From: Tubiluchus corallicola
Taxonomy: Eukaryota > Animalia > Priapulida
Assembly: GCA_030141605.1 (NCBI GenBank)
Contig: JAQGDQ010000168.1
Location: 186,001 to 250,000, forward strand
DNA length: 64,000 nt
Direction of reading: 5' to 3'
Position numbers and translations under genes: made by a program. The notes under the pieces are model-generated. The model had not been told where the DNA came from. It made no database searches and saw only the letters and a list, made by a program, of their open reading frames with translations. This document shows positions 50,270 to 63,873 of this stretch, piece by piece. The number at the start of each line of letters is the position of its first letter. The stretch's first letter is position 1.

Positions 50270-52274
50270 CTGAGTGGGGTATGTCGTGCGCTGCTGCTCA
50301 CGCAGGTATGTAGCTACCTGGTCCGTTACTGCGATGAACAAATCGTCTACAATTAATATTTTCCTGTAGCGAAGGTTACTGGTAGCAGTGAAATTTATCA
50401 GTAGTAATTCATCGCTACCCAACTGACCTATATTGCTTAGACAAGAGAATCATTATTTGCAACGCGTGTAGTTTTGGAAAAGGGGCGGGGGAGAAAGTAG
50501 AGGCGGTGACTGAATACTTTCTACGAAATCAAAATCAATTAGGCGCACCATCTCTCATTATCACTTCGTTATCCCTTTCATAAACTTGAATTAAAGTTAG
50601 CTAAACATCTCGTATGAATTTTATCTAATAATCTAACCCTGATATAAGGCTATTGTTAAGAGAACATCCGCATATGCTCAATGCGATAGAATAGGTAAAA
50701 TCTTTTCAGAAAATTATAAGAAAATTGACGAAAATTGTGGAAAAAGTCGAAGTAAATAACCATTGTAGTCAATTATGATATCACTTTGCGCTCTGGATAA
50801 GCAGAAATTTTGGATGCAGTGTAAAATACGCAAAATTTGACATAAAAAGACCTAAATACGGGCGCAAATTAATCCACATATTTCTTTTTTCATTCAAAAG
50901 TGAATTAAAAATTTGTAGCTCAAGTTACACATTATCTGCCAAATTATAAAAATCACGAAAGCGTTAAGTTTTGAATTTTTATTTGTCAATGAAAATTAAT
51001 TTTTCCAAGTGGTGACTCATAAGACGAAAAATCACCCGTTATTTTTAGAATTCTGCCGTTCAGAATTCCAGTTTGAAATTCCTCTATATCACAAAAGAAT
51101 TTTGTTTCTTGTCTGGTCATTAATTTTAGTAAATTGTCACTAGTTTCTTTTAGTATCTTAACTTGTTTATTAAAATCCAAATTTGTTTGTATGTAGAAGG
51201 CTTTAATTCTAAATGACCTCAGGAATTGGAGAAGCTGCAATAATTCACCGTCGCCTACCACATATGTGCTTCATAACGACTGTTCTTTATGCTTGAACGT
51301 GGGAAGTATTATTTTCTTTTTCTGTTGCTGCGTGCCAATAGTACGATAACATCGACATCTACGCCTAATCATGTTATGTTCACCTGTATTTAAATGCAGA
51401 TGTGTAAACTCTATTTATCTTGTATAGTATAATGTAAGTAATTAAGTAAGCAAGTAAGCAAAAATTTTATTTCGAACTAATAGTCCATAAATCGCACATA
51501 AAATTGACATAGGAAATAATTTACATAAAATTATACACAAATGATAAAATATAAAGATTAGTGATCGTTAAACAATAAAATGGTTGTTAGTGAATATTAA
51601 ATTCACTAACAATTAAGCTAAAAATGCGACGGATCACAGTATTTTTACAGTGCAGATGCACGTAGTTAGTTTTTGTTTGAAAATTATTGTTAAATCTAGT
51701 AAACTAATAATATTGTTAATTACAAAAGTAGTTTGTTAGCGCTGTTTCGTAAAAAATTATACGCTATATAAAATTTCATACAAGTGGCATATACTTTTGA
51801 GGTATAAGCGTAGTACAAGAATTATTTACGTACAGAGGTATGTCTAAAACGTAGCGCGAATACAAAAATCTCTGACCAAACTAAACTAAACCAACGCGAC
51901 CGTTTACAGTTGTGACAAGCAGCTGAACTATTCAATTGCGAACTTGTTAATGGTAACTTTTGCATTCTTTACCGCACAGTCATAGAATTATCGCCGTTAT
52001 TTTAACAAGAACGGTAACTAAAGCTTATTTGCTTATGAGAGAAATAATGAGGGAAATGACATTGAAGCTACGAGTCAATTACGGGATGCTGTGAACTAAT
52101 TGCTGTACAGTTTTATCGTCAATGTCGCAAGCAGGATAGTAGTATAATCGTGTTTAAAATGCCAGTAATTAGCACGCATGCTAGGAAAGCATGTAACCAG
52201 TAGACCTAATTGGCCCCTGTGCGACTTCAAGGAATTTTGGTCGATTTTAAACAATTCTGCTTTGTTCTCTCTAG
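50270..52274 (-). CDS. Two putative upstream exons of the Tyr/Pro-rich orphan gene
   Basis: Exon 52206-52274 (phase 1 to 1, RENKAELFKIDQNSLKSHRGQL) and exon 50270-50328 (phase 1 to 0, TDQVATYLREQQRTTYPTQ) are GT-AG bounded and chain in frame into the exon at 45062. They are short, so a chance match is possible. Confidence 0.4.
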
Positions 52275-52555
52275 CTATTGAGAAATACCGACAAAGATAA
52301 AGCAAATAATTAAATAATAATAAAGCAAACTGTTTTCGCATTTTAAATGTGATTTTTATAAGCCCATTATCTGTCAACACTTGGACCCTCTGTTTACAAA
52401 GCAACAACTCTAATTAAATGATGGTCAACATAATGTCGTAATAAGTTCTTTATAGCAGACAAAAAAATTTTCAGATTTAATGGGCACTTTATCTTCTTTA
52501 CGATTATGACCGTGGTAAGTCTTAGAAGAGTACTATCTTATTTTCAAGTTCGTTT

Positions 52556-52745
<190 letters not shown>

Positions 52746-54549
52746 AATTAATTAATTTATTTAAAAGTTATTCACGTAATTATTACGTTCCTTCTATAGG
52801 AGTGGAGAGGAGAGGAAGATAGGAGGAGAAGACAAGAGAAGCAAGGATACAGGGCAGAGAAGAAGATAGAAAGGGGGAGTAGAAAATTAAATAAGTGGAA
52901 GAACATGGCAGGAATCCTTTCAGAAGGCATGTGCTCCAGGAAAAGTTTAGAACGACATTGATTGTCATTATCATACAAACAAAAACGAAGCACATGCGCT
53001 ACAGCTGTTTGTGAGCTTGTAATCACAAACAGATAAGTAATTAACCAGAGTTGATTACAATTTGTCAAGTTCATTGTATTTTAACACATTTTCCATAGTA
53101 TTGTAAAATGCAAGCCTGAAAAAGTAATTATAATGTAACATTAAATTGTTCCCCCATCCACCATAGATGATTGATATTTGCCATCGATCGACACGGAACT
53201 GTAAAACTGTCCAGTTCATGATTACTTTTTCAATTTTTTTCTGTCGCCTGGTCGACTACTTTATGGGTCATCCACTTATTTTACGTATTTTGGTAATACC
53301 TTTACAATTTAATTGTCTATCCGATTTAAGTGTCACTATACATATATCTAATACATGGTGCTCGAAAGTTCGATAATTCAAATTCTTTTTCCAATTGTTA
53401 TATGAATAATAATTAAAGGTCAAAGTGAAACATCAGCTTGACAGTCCAAATTATTGCACGTGTTGCTTACCACATACTAGTCATTCCAAGGTTAACTTTT
53501 ATTCATTATCCAGCTATCAGACGCTTTGACAGTTCATAACTTAGGTAAGAGCTAAAGGTGGTAATTAAAGGCTCTTCAATCTAACGGAACTTCAGAGAGC
53601 CAGTTACTAAAACCGGTTTAACGTTTTTTGCACGAACAGCTCTTTTACCGTTTGATAGCCGCGTCATTAATTTGCAATTTAACTGTTTTACGAGTGACAT
53701 CTTCGACCTATTTTAAGCTTTGTCTGTAGTTCATGGCTATTTGTTGCGGCAGGCACACCTAGCCAATGCTTTTGCATGAATCACAGGTCTAGTGTCTAAA
53801 ACTCAGTATCTTCAATTTATTCGCAGACCACACGTAATTCCATTAATCTCCACTCGTTCTTGCACAGTCTTGTTTTATTCTATTTAGTTCTGTTCTGTCC
53901 TGTTTGTTTTGTAATATTGCCCTGTCGTATCCTGGCTGTTCATGTTCTATTCCTATTAGTTTTATTCGTCTACTCTGCCGCAGTTTCCTCTGTAAAGACT
54001 TCCCCTCTCTCGCTGCTGAAAATTGTTATTTTACCTCCGTTTTCAAATCTTATCTGACTGCATGGATACGCTTGTCCTTGACAAAATAACTGTTTTCCCC
54101 CAGTTGGCCAGAAAAAAATGGTGAATAATTAAAACCGCGGCACCATGGCAAAGACAAAAGTGTAACTCTAAGCCACTCTCAGAGAAATTATTAGCACTGG
54201 AAATGTATTACACGAGAAATGGTAGCAAAACGCGCGTTGAAAATAGCAATAGATGGAAAAATGCGCGTTGTTAATTACTGGTAGACTGGTCATCGCAAAT
54301 TGCACCGAATAACCAATTTACCAATGTGCTTATTAAGATTTTTGCTTTGCTCTCAAAATCAAGAGGCTCTGTTAGCAGTTTCTTAGTCTCTGTATTAGTT
54401 TTCTTACTTTATAATGATATTTCAATGGAAGTACATCGAAATACCTCTGAACTTGGACGACTTCTCGTTTATTTATTTATTTCTGTTACGATTTAGTTTA
54501 GTTAATAACTAGGAAACTATAAACTAGGAAAATGAATTGTTATCTGCTG

Positions 54550-55075
54550 GGATGAACGACTTTTGTCAGATACTCGATGATTTTGGGTGGGTTGTTAAAG
54601 GTCAAGATCATTTTCTCAAAAGATTTGGAAGCCATCTCCTTCCGGGGTTTTAACCGAAACTCAGGTGGGTGGTAGATGATGCGGAGCTCTAGTGCGCGAG
54701 ACTAAATTAAATTTACTTTGGCTAAGTGGATGGGGCTCTGGAGAACAACCTCTGTGCGTATAAATGTGACCTTAGGTAAGCATAAAGAATTGAAAAACGA
54801 AACTTTGTCAGCTTATAGGCCCGGATTGGGGAACGACTTTTGCTGGGTTCCCGCTGACCTTGGGTGGGTGTTTCATGGATAAATGTCGTTTTTCTCAAAA
54901 CGGTTTGGAATCTCTCTCCTCTTAGACTTCATAGTTTGCTGCAACTCAAGTGAATGATACAGGATGCAGAGTTCTAGTGTGCGGGTTCAAATTTATTTTC
55001 TTTGGCCAAGTTGGTGTGATTACGGAGGGACTAGCCTCAGTGGGAGGACTCTGCAAAAGATCACCTTTGGTAAAA
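54550..55075 (+). repeat. Two diverged ~280-bp tandem units
   Basis: gaacgacttttg..ttgggtgggt..ttttctcaaaa..tttggaa..tctcctt..aactca..gatgc..tctagtg..ctttggc.aagt..gacct/cacctttggtaa appears twice, starting at ~54554 and ~54831. Confidence 0.7.
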
Positions 55076-57479
55076 AACTATGCAACTTACTTAATGTAGT
55101 ATATCGTCTGAAAGCTCGTCATGAGGCAAATTAAACTGTAATAATTAAACAAATTTTGGAACACAGCGGTTTGGTGGGTTGGGACTGGGGTGGGCCTGTG
55201 TGTCAGAAATGTAAAAAGTTTGCCTTGTTGGTTAGTTGGTAAAAAGCTTTGGCAGTTTGTTGGTTAGTCGGCGTGAGGCTGGGGGCGGGAAAGGGATACA
55301 TTTGACCGTTTACTGGTAATGCACATTATTTGTGTACCATGTTAGATATGATGGACGTTCAATTGTATTAAAAGACCCAAAGCTGGAGGTCATTTGCAGA
55401 CAAAAATTTAATTAAAGGCATTATTCATTAAAGCAGTGTGCAATTTAAATATAATCAATGGTGATGATTTTAAGTGCATTGTTTTGCCCGCCATGTAATG
55501 TCAAAATACTTCCAAGATGGGTACGTTAATTGGCTATGGACATGAATCCAATCATGTGCAACTGCGGCATATTCTGGAGTCAAAATCTGCTGAACTAATA
55601 ATATTAGGCCTTGTAACAAATAACAGATCTCTGGTTTAAATTAATAATCACATTTGTACATTGAAAGACCATTGAAAAACCCAGACACAATTGATGCAAC
55701 TAGTTTTGCATTATTTTATTCATCAATCGCCTAAACGAGTCTAGTGGACAGTATAGTGGCCACTCATAATAAAGCGGCTGCAATTAGAAAATGAAAGTAA
55801 TTATGAGTACATACCAAGAACAGTTGTTGTGAACAGATTTGTGTCCTTTTTTGCCATCGTTGTTGCTTTGCCGTTGCCATTATACAATAGCCCATTCACA
55901 TTTACATAGTGCATAAGCACAGACGTGCACAAGTACATGTATTATTAATGTCTAATTTAATCATTGATATCTCAGATAAGTGGATTGAAATTCGTCGCAA
56001 AATGATTTAAACACAATTCCTTCTTTTGTTTTGAAGATTGGGATAGTGAAAATTGTCTTTATAAGTTTACTACAACTGCCCAATTCTAAAAAATAATTTA
56101 TATCTTTTTAGATATATGTTAGTATAAATATTTTACAGTGACCTGGAGAAATCAACGGCAATTACCAAAATAAATCAAAAAGAAAGAAAAATGGGAAAAA
56201 CAAAACTGAACAAAAACTTCTGAAAGGCCTGTTCAGTTTTTGAAGTGACTCTGACAGCAAGGATTTTTGTATTTAAAGTCAGTTTAGTACTTTTATTACA
56301 AGTTGAAGATTTGTTCCAAGGTCAATTAGAACTTGCATAAAACTTGTGATCATTGCCAACTTTACATTTGCATGTAGACCTGAGAATAAATTGCTATAAA
56401 GAGACCATTATACGGGCTTAATCAAAACAAAATGTTAACTCGAGAAATTATGTACTAACATCTAATGGATCTTGGCCAAACAAACATTTCGGTTTTAAGT
56501 TTTCTTTTGCTACTTTTTATGTATGTCTACGCGCATGAACGTCTATTATTAAAAAAATTTAATTGACAAGGAAACACAAGACGCATAAGTAATTTCATAC
56601 AGCGTGAAATTGTGCTTTATCTGGTCTATTTAAATGCAATTCGCGAGTAAACCAAGTTTACAATTTCTTAGATCAAATAATGATCTTTTTGTTACTATTT
56701 AATTGCAATTACGTACGACTAATTCTTAGTGAAAACAATGGTAACGTTTATGTGGGATTTGCAGCTATGGTGTTATGTGCGTGTGTTATAAAATACTTCA
56801 CAAAAAAGTAGGTTTCAGTGTTGAAATGTTCTGTTCGCATAGGAACTCATGGAGTAATCATTCGTTGAAATTTTTTGCACAAAGGACAAACAATAAACAA
56901 TTTAAGCATTTTTTCAAATGGAATCGATCAAATAAGGAAATCTGCGAATGGTCATCCATTTGTGACAGCAGCAATACATTAAATTACTGCATAAAATGTT
57001 TTTTGTCCAGCTTCCTTAAATGTAAAAGGCACAAGTAGGCAGTTTTTTATTTGCGTGACAAAGTTTAAATTAGGATAAATTAAATTAAGTGTTCATAAAT
57101 TAAATTAAAAATTAAGGGTAACGTCCAGCAAATAAAATAACTGCTTCTTAATACATAATGCCTCTTTGGCAAATGAACTAAAAGAAGTGTTTCTCTAAAA
57201 TGAACTAATGAATTGAATGAATTAAAGAAGAAACAGTGAATGTGCAAATGAATGAATGAATTAATGAAAAACACAGTGAATGTATAAATGAATGAACAAA
57301 TGGACAAATGAACGAACGAATAAATGACTGGCTGGTTTATTGATTGTCTGAATTATTGTACTGTCTCAAGTTTACAGTACAATATAATGTACACAAATCA
57401 TGAATACATTATAATTATTACTATTACATAGTTGCATCACCATGGTATGACTACTAGGCTTATTTATTGTTCTTATATC

Positions 57480-58105
57480 ATCACTACATTTTCTTCTAAA
57501 TTGTAGGTCTTGCGCTAAAGTTGTTTCAGAAAAATTTACCCGTAATAATATGTTGTATGCTATTTTTTTATATATTGTACAGATTGTAGTTTCTCTAAGT
57601 AGCCGTACAGTAATAGTTGCTGCAGTAGCTATTTACCAAATATCTTTTTATATCATCATTACAGTTTTTAAATTTACTTAGTAATAAAGCACTCATAGTT
57701 GTCAGAAGATACACACCATCGGCGTACATGAAATGATTGACATATTTCATTAATGCAATAGTGTTTATGCGTTTCACTTAATTTAATGATAAGCTCTCTG
57801 AAATAAATGTTAAAAAGAGCAGGACATAATATTCCACCTTGTTTAACACTGTTCCCCACTTTAAAGACTTGAGAGTTAAATTGACATCTAGCAGTAAGTG
57901 TCTGTTCTAATAAAAATAGTACAATACACGAATAATAAATTTTGGAACTGCAGTTGGTAACAATTTAAAGAATGGTTTGTGATAACTAAGTCAAATACTT
58001 TAGAGAATCCATGAACAGCAAATACATAGTACTACTAGGAAATAGGAATCGATAACTTCCTTCATTGTGTAAATGCATAGCTCGGTGCACACTTTTCCCT
58101 GAACT
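57480..58105 (-). mobile_element. Decayed LINE reverse-transcriptase fragment
   Basis: GNSVKQGGILCPALFNIYFREL and VNHFMYADGVYLL occur in adjacent shifted frames; same RT type as 28520-30600. Confidence 0.8.
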
Positions 58106-59102
58106 CAAGCTGTAGAGATGTGCCTGCCAAACTTCGCTGATTAACTGACTGATTAACTGACTGACTGTCTGATTGACTGAATAAAAGAATGAATGAATGG
58201 ATGAAACAGTAAACTAGTGAACGAATGAATGAGTTAATGAATGTATGAACGAACGAATGAATGAACGAAAGAATTGATGAGTGAAACAGTGAACTAGTGA
58301 ATGAACGAACGAACTAACGCATAAAGGAATGAACAAATGAATGAACCAATGATAGAAGTGAAGGCTCATATATACTCTCACAGTTCAGGATTAATACCTA
58401 ATTACATAAATAAATTACCGTTTAAGACTTTAATGAAAGCTAATCGCTACCTGTGTGTGGCATACGTCATTGAGAGCATGTGATAGGTGCGTCTTGTCTC
58501 TTAAGTTAAGTTAAGCACAATAGATGCTTTTAGTGCCCTATTCTGTTAGAATGCTGCATATAATTACGAATTTAGCCTGACAAATAATTATTCTGCATTA
58601 ATATTTTAATTAGTCTTATCGGATCCTCAATGAGTAATCCCTCTAAAATAGGACACTTTATTTGCAGTACCAGAACGGAGAGACACAGAAGTACGCTTAA
58701 AGCGACACACTGCTTGAGTAAGTTAGACTTTTCTAATTGTCAGTAGAATCTTTAGAAATGCCACTGTGTAAAAGTCGGATGACTTAATGATTTTGACGAA
58801 GAATTATACTTTGCTTAGAGAAATAATTTGAGGGGTTTACAGAGCAGCGACCAGGCAAATGAAAATGCTAAATTCCAGAAAATTAGAAAGTAATGATTAG
58901 AAGGAAAAAAGAAATCTTGTGGGCCAGTGATCCGATACGTATTATTATTGTTGTTAATGATGTTGTTGTTATTGTTGTTGTCGTTGTTGATGATGTTCCT
59001 TACAATAGATGTAAATCCCTTAAAATCGATAAAGTTTATATATAATGTTTCTGTTGCTGTTGTGTTGCTTTTTCATCACAATAAGAACAGAATCACTACT
59101 AC

Positions 59103-59322
59103 CTGCAAAAATCTGTCTTGAAACAGTTTTCTTGATGTCCAGGATGGCCCTGGGTTGGGTGGCTGAGTGGTCTAGATTTCGGAGAGCAAGCCATGCAGTC
59201 TTGAGTGGAGTCTAGCGGCTGCCAACAGGCGACAGGACATATGCCATAGTTGTTATTCGTTGTTTGTGAATTGTGTAAGTCGTAGGTGTAAGTCGCTAAA
59301 TAGCCGTTAGTGCTAATGTTGT
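59103..59322 (-). CDS. Putative Cys-containing coding exon, gene membership unresolved
   Basis: Acceptor tttaacAG and donor AG|GTagta (or a TAG stop immediately after Arg). The segment is locally GC-richer and encodes NISTNGYLATYTYDLHNSQTTNNNYGICPVACWQPLDSTQDCMACSPKSRPLSHPTQGHPGHQENCFKTDFCR. Confidence 0.45.
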
Positions 59323-60670
59323 CTGTTAAATGACGGTAAATAAATGTTGTCTTTGTTTTGGTCTTGCTTTGGAGATTAACCGTTTTCGGCATTACCAGCA
59401 AAAAAATGAGAACGATTGTTTTGCGAATTGGTGTTAGAAACAAAATTAAAATTTTCAACTTCTTCCCAAAATAACTAATTAACTATTTACAATAATGTAT
59501 TTACCTAGCGATTTATTTGCACTTCATTAATATGGCTACTATGGCCGAAGATATTCGTTGTCCAATCCTTTGTTTTAGGGCAAAATGTGTTATGTTGCAT
59601 ACTGTTTCAGAAATAAGAACCCGTAAATTTGAGTTACGCAGCTAAGCCTCTTAATTTTTGCACAAATCAACCAAACAAAGTCAACGGTCATTCAAGGCTC
59701 GGAAAACAGCAGAAAAGCCGTTATATGAATATAAATAAAAGTAGAACAACTGCATGTAATTTGCTAGTAACGCGAAGCACTTGCCATTTAGCAACATTCG
59801 CCGAGAAGCAAATGAGGATACAGTTAACAAGGAAACAATTTTCTGGCGAAAAATTCTATAAACAAGCTGCCCGAGGAAAAAATGGATTTATAAGTAGCAC
59901 GTATGCGTCAAGGACTGCCCATGGTTAAAATACAAGAAGCACGAGATAAAACTGACATCGAAAGGTTGTATAAAACTACTCTCAGGATTGGCATTTTCAT
60001 ATCCTACAATAATTAAGTACAAACAAAACTCTAGAGAACCTTGTAGAAAAATTTCTTTGGAGTTTACAGTAGTAAATGACCGATGGGCAAATAAAAAGAC
60101 TTTTAGCCATTTTTGCAGTAATTATTAGATATGAACTAGTAATTTGTCCTTGTCCTATAAAGCGTGCGTTCTAATCCAGTTAATCCCAATTAGCACTAGT
60201 TATGCTAAGCTTTTTTTGTGAAAGAGGTAAGTGTTCAATTAGATGTGTTGACGCAAGGTATTGTCCGTAAACGCAGACATCATGAGCTTCGCTTTGAGTT
60301 CTTTTTATAATTTCAGTATCTGAGTGCCATAAGTATCATATTAATAACCGCCTGAATGCAGTGAAAACAATATTAACAACGTTTATTAAGTTTACATATT
60401 TTAAACTTTTGTTTCATTTTTATGTTGTATATGATATAAAACTTCAAACTTTTTTTGTCATGATGATTTCGACACTTATTACAAATCGGGTGCAATATCT
60501 TTTTTTTTATACATGCATTCGTAGGAAGTAAATCTTTACCAATTAGCTGATTGCTGCTATAAGTCAAATGCATGCGAATTAAAAGAGTGTTGTAAGTAGA
60601 ATCGTCGCTGTAAAAGCGAATGAATAATACAAAGTAACATAGTAATAAAAAAGAAAAAGAATATAGAAAG

Positions 60671-60781
<111 letters not shown>

Positions 60782-61396
60782 CAGTTAGAGTAGAACTACA
60801 ACTACGAAAACCACATGTTGTGGGATATAGACGAAAAAGGCAAATCAAGAAGAAAAGAAAGAAAAGATAGAAGGGGAGAAAAACGAAAAAGGTACACGAA
60901 GGGCTGACAGCGATACAGGCCTACCTTGAAGTGGAACCAGACCGCCGAGTACGTGTACTCAACAGGACTTAATGGTACGCTGTTCAGTTCATAGAATTTG
61001 ACTAAAAATGGTATGGTTTGCCTTTACCCGCGCAGATGGCGCTCATTTACAATCTCAAACTCCAGAAAATCTCAAATGTCTACGAAATCGCGAGAGCGTC
61101 ATCATTTTCAGGGTTTGCTAGAACTGCGCATGTCTTATCTGCTTATGAATGAACCATTATTCACGGATAACCACCTTTATATAACTAGGGCGTGCGGCTT
61201 TAATTACCAAGTAGAATGACCTCTTTTTGGCAAAGATACACAACCATTAGCGCTTCTACAATGAGTCATTGTAATCGTCATAAGTGTGTCTATCACCTCC
61301 TAGTTGCCTCTTCTTGCCTCACATGAACCTGTAATTGTTATTTGACTTGAAAATACATTGAAAATTATACGCAGGTTAGACACGTGTTATTACTGT

Positions 61397-61712
61397 TATA
61401 TAGGACTATAGTGTCTTCTACCCAGTTCTTTGTCTAAAGTAATAGTGTTCACTTCTCATAGTTTTGTGGTATAGCTTAGTTCTAGGTATGGTGGATTATT
61501 TGAATTATATTCAATACACAGCTGGTGACTGACTGTTGATAATTACCTTCAATTATTTATAATTAATAGCAGTTACTGTGTAATACATCTGGGCTTATAA
61601 TCAGCTACTGGAAAAGTTTTTCTGCTGTTGTGGAATTGTCTTAAAGAATTTTAAAGAATGCGTGAACTATTTTTGGAAATCATACCAAAGTTTTCGTATT
61701 TTTACTTTACAG
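61397..61712 (+). promoter_or_regulatory. Probable TATA box, initiator, 5' UTR exon and first intron of the glycine-rich gene
   Basis: TATATA at 61397, Inr-like CAGTT at ~61423, donor AG|GTATGG at 61486 and acceptor tttactttacAG ending at 61712, just upstream of the ATG at 61762. Confidence 0.5.
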
Positions 61713-61761
61713 CAGAAGTTGGTAGCAGGCACCATTGTGTAGGGGTAAAACGTCACTTGGA

Positions 61762-63432
61762 ATGTGGCCTGTCATCTTAGCGACTCTTCTAACCTTCAGT
61801 GTAAGTAGAACGCCAACTAATTTTAGAAACATACATGTGCTGGCAACACGCAACACTAATCATTATACCTGCCAAAAACAACCTTGGTAAACTTCTTGAT
61901 ATGTCAAAGTTCACTGATAGTCTCCTAAAATTGTCACTCGATTGTTAATCAAATTGACATTATAGCGTAATAAAAGATGAATAATTTTCCCAATTACAAT
62001 ATAAATAATCGCAGTCATTGCAAAAATAATTACAATCAGCGTTGGACAGGATGTGATTAAACCTGTGCTTGAATGTTGCAAATTGTGCAATGTCTTTTCG
62101 AAAACACATGATAGGGTGTGTGCAGAAAAAATATTATCCATGAACGAAGTTTTTACAATATTTAAGCTTGACAGAGCAGTTAAACTTTACGAGCAGCACA
62201 GAACAAGAAAAGACAAAAACAAAATGAAAAAGCAGGGTGATTCAACGATATTTAACAATGATGTTATTTGCCTGTTGTAACCGCCTTTGACAAAGCAAGA
62301 TTTCAGATGCTGAGTATGATATGTTATATCATTATGCAATAGCATATGGTACTGTATACTTTACGGTATAATGGGTTACCAAATAATGACTGCTAGTGCG
62401 CAGTAGAAATGTTGTTATTTTTTAATTAAAAATTGGAAAAGTCCTTGGTTATTGTTGGATATTTAACAACAAAAAGAGTCGTACGCATTTAAGAAATTGA
62501 ATTAAGATACAAAAATGAGATATAGTTTCCCAAGGAAAAATAATCATTATTTTGCTGCGCTAACATCCAGCTGTTTTTCTGCAATTTTTTATTACGAATG
62601 TTTCCCACAGGTCTCATTGGTGAGATGCAAAGGTTATGGAGGTGACTACAATGCAGGCTATGCTGGTGTCGGATATGCGGGTTCAGGAAGGGCTGGTTAT
62701 GGTGGGGATCTCGATGTCGGATACGGAGGCGGAAATAGCGCCGGATATTACGGGGGCAACCATGCAGGATACGAATCTGGTGGAACAGCTGGATATGGTG
62801 GGAAACTGGCACTGGATTATGCTGGCAAGTTAGCCATCGGCTTTCAAGGTTTTGGCAAAATCATTGGACAAGCTTATGGTGGCAACCATGGACGCGGTTA
62901 CGGCGGCAATGCTGCAAAAGCTTATGGACAGACAGGAGCACATGCGCGTGGAGCCTTAGCAGCACACGCAGCAGGCGGATACACCGGATATGGAGCAACC
63001 GGACTAGGATCTCTTGTGTCAGATTTTCATAATGCTTATGGTGGTGGATATGATGGTTTTGGTGGGGGACATGGTAAAGGTCACGGAGGTGGTAGAGGTC
63101 ATGGTTACGGGGGTGGTTATGGAGGAGGCCATGGTGGAGGTGACAACGACTCATATGGTGGTGGAGGTGGGGGAGGTTTTGGAGGTGGAGGTGGTGAAGG
63201 GACAGGTGGAGGAGGTGGCTTCGGAAGTGTTTACGGCGGGGGAAGCGCAAGCGGACATGCAGGTGGGTATGGTGGTGGATTTGGAAACGGGGTCAGTGGG
63301 GGCTATGGGGGCGGAAGTGGTGGCGGATATGGAGGAGGGCACAGTGGTTTACATGGGGAAGGTTTTGGAGGTGGAGGTAATTATGTGGCTGACAGCTATC
63401 ATGGTGGTGGCGGTTACGAAAAGCGGCGTTAG
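61762..63432 (+). CDS. Secreted glycine-rich (GGY/GGH/GGF-repeat) structural protein; 2 coding exons, 286 aa
   Basis: Exon 61762-61800 (MWPVILATLLTFS, donor GTAAGT) is spliced in phase 0 to exon 62611-63432 (acceptor tttcccacAG; VSLVRCKGYGGDYNAGYAG...GGGGYEKRR*). The signal peptide MWPVILATLLTFSVSLVRC is followed by AGYGG and GGGYGGG repeats with varied codons, so this is coding sequence rather than a microsatellite. Confidence 0.9.
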
Positions 63433-63766
63433 GAAATTTATTGTGTTTAGCAATACGAGCAGTGTTTTAAATCGTGCTATTAAAATCATCCCGACGTTGC
63501 TCAATGTCATAGTGACATGAATTGTTTTGTTAATGTAGTATTTATTAAATTTCTCTCTTCTACAATTGTTGCACTTTTATTTTCTAATTGTTATTATGCT
63601 GTTTGTTGTTATGTTGTTAATAAAGTCGTTTTACAGGTAACTACTAAAGCGTACAGTATCTTTATTTCTCAAGCGTTTTATAATAACTCTTACTACCAAA
63701 GTCGTGATGGAGAAGGAAAAAGAAATAAAGAAAGGATGTGAGAGCAAGTCAGAAAAAAGACGAGTA

Positions 63767-63768
<2 letters not shown>

Positions 63769-63813
<45 letters not shown>

Positions 63814-63873
63814 AGAGAGAGGGACTAAAGAAAACACAGAGAAAGGACAGACAGGCAGACAGACAGACAGACA
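63769..63873. repeat. (AG)n and (GACA)n microsatellites
   Basis: Directly visible. Confidence 0.9.

Noticed and set aside
52772-53074. ORF with a signal-peptide-like start (MNLTNCNQLWLITYLFVITSSQTAVA)
   Set aside because: It runs into a pyrimidine-rich low-complexity tract and needs a second-choice acceptor to join the exon at 52274; too weak to call.
62515-62610. ORF-track N-terminus MRYSFPRKNN... of the glycine-rich protein
   Set aside because: This is intronic sequence upstream of a strong acceptor at 62610; the real leader is at 61762-61800.
62861-63520. His-rich antisense ORF and Val/Glu/Met-rich alternative-frame ORF overlapping the glycine-rich exon
   Set aside because: Shadow frames of GGN codon repeats.
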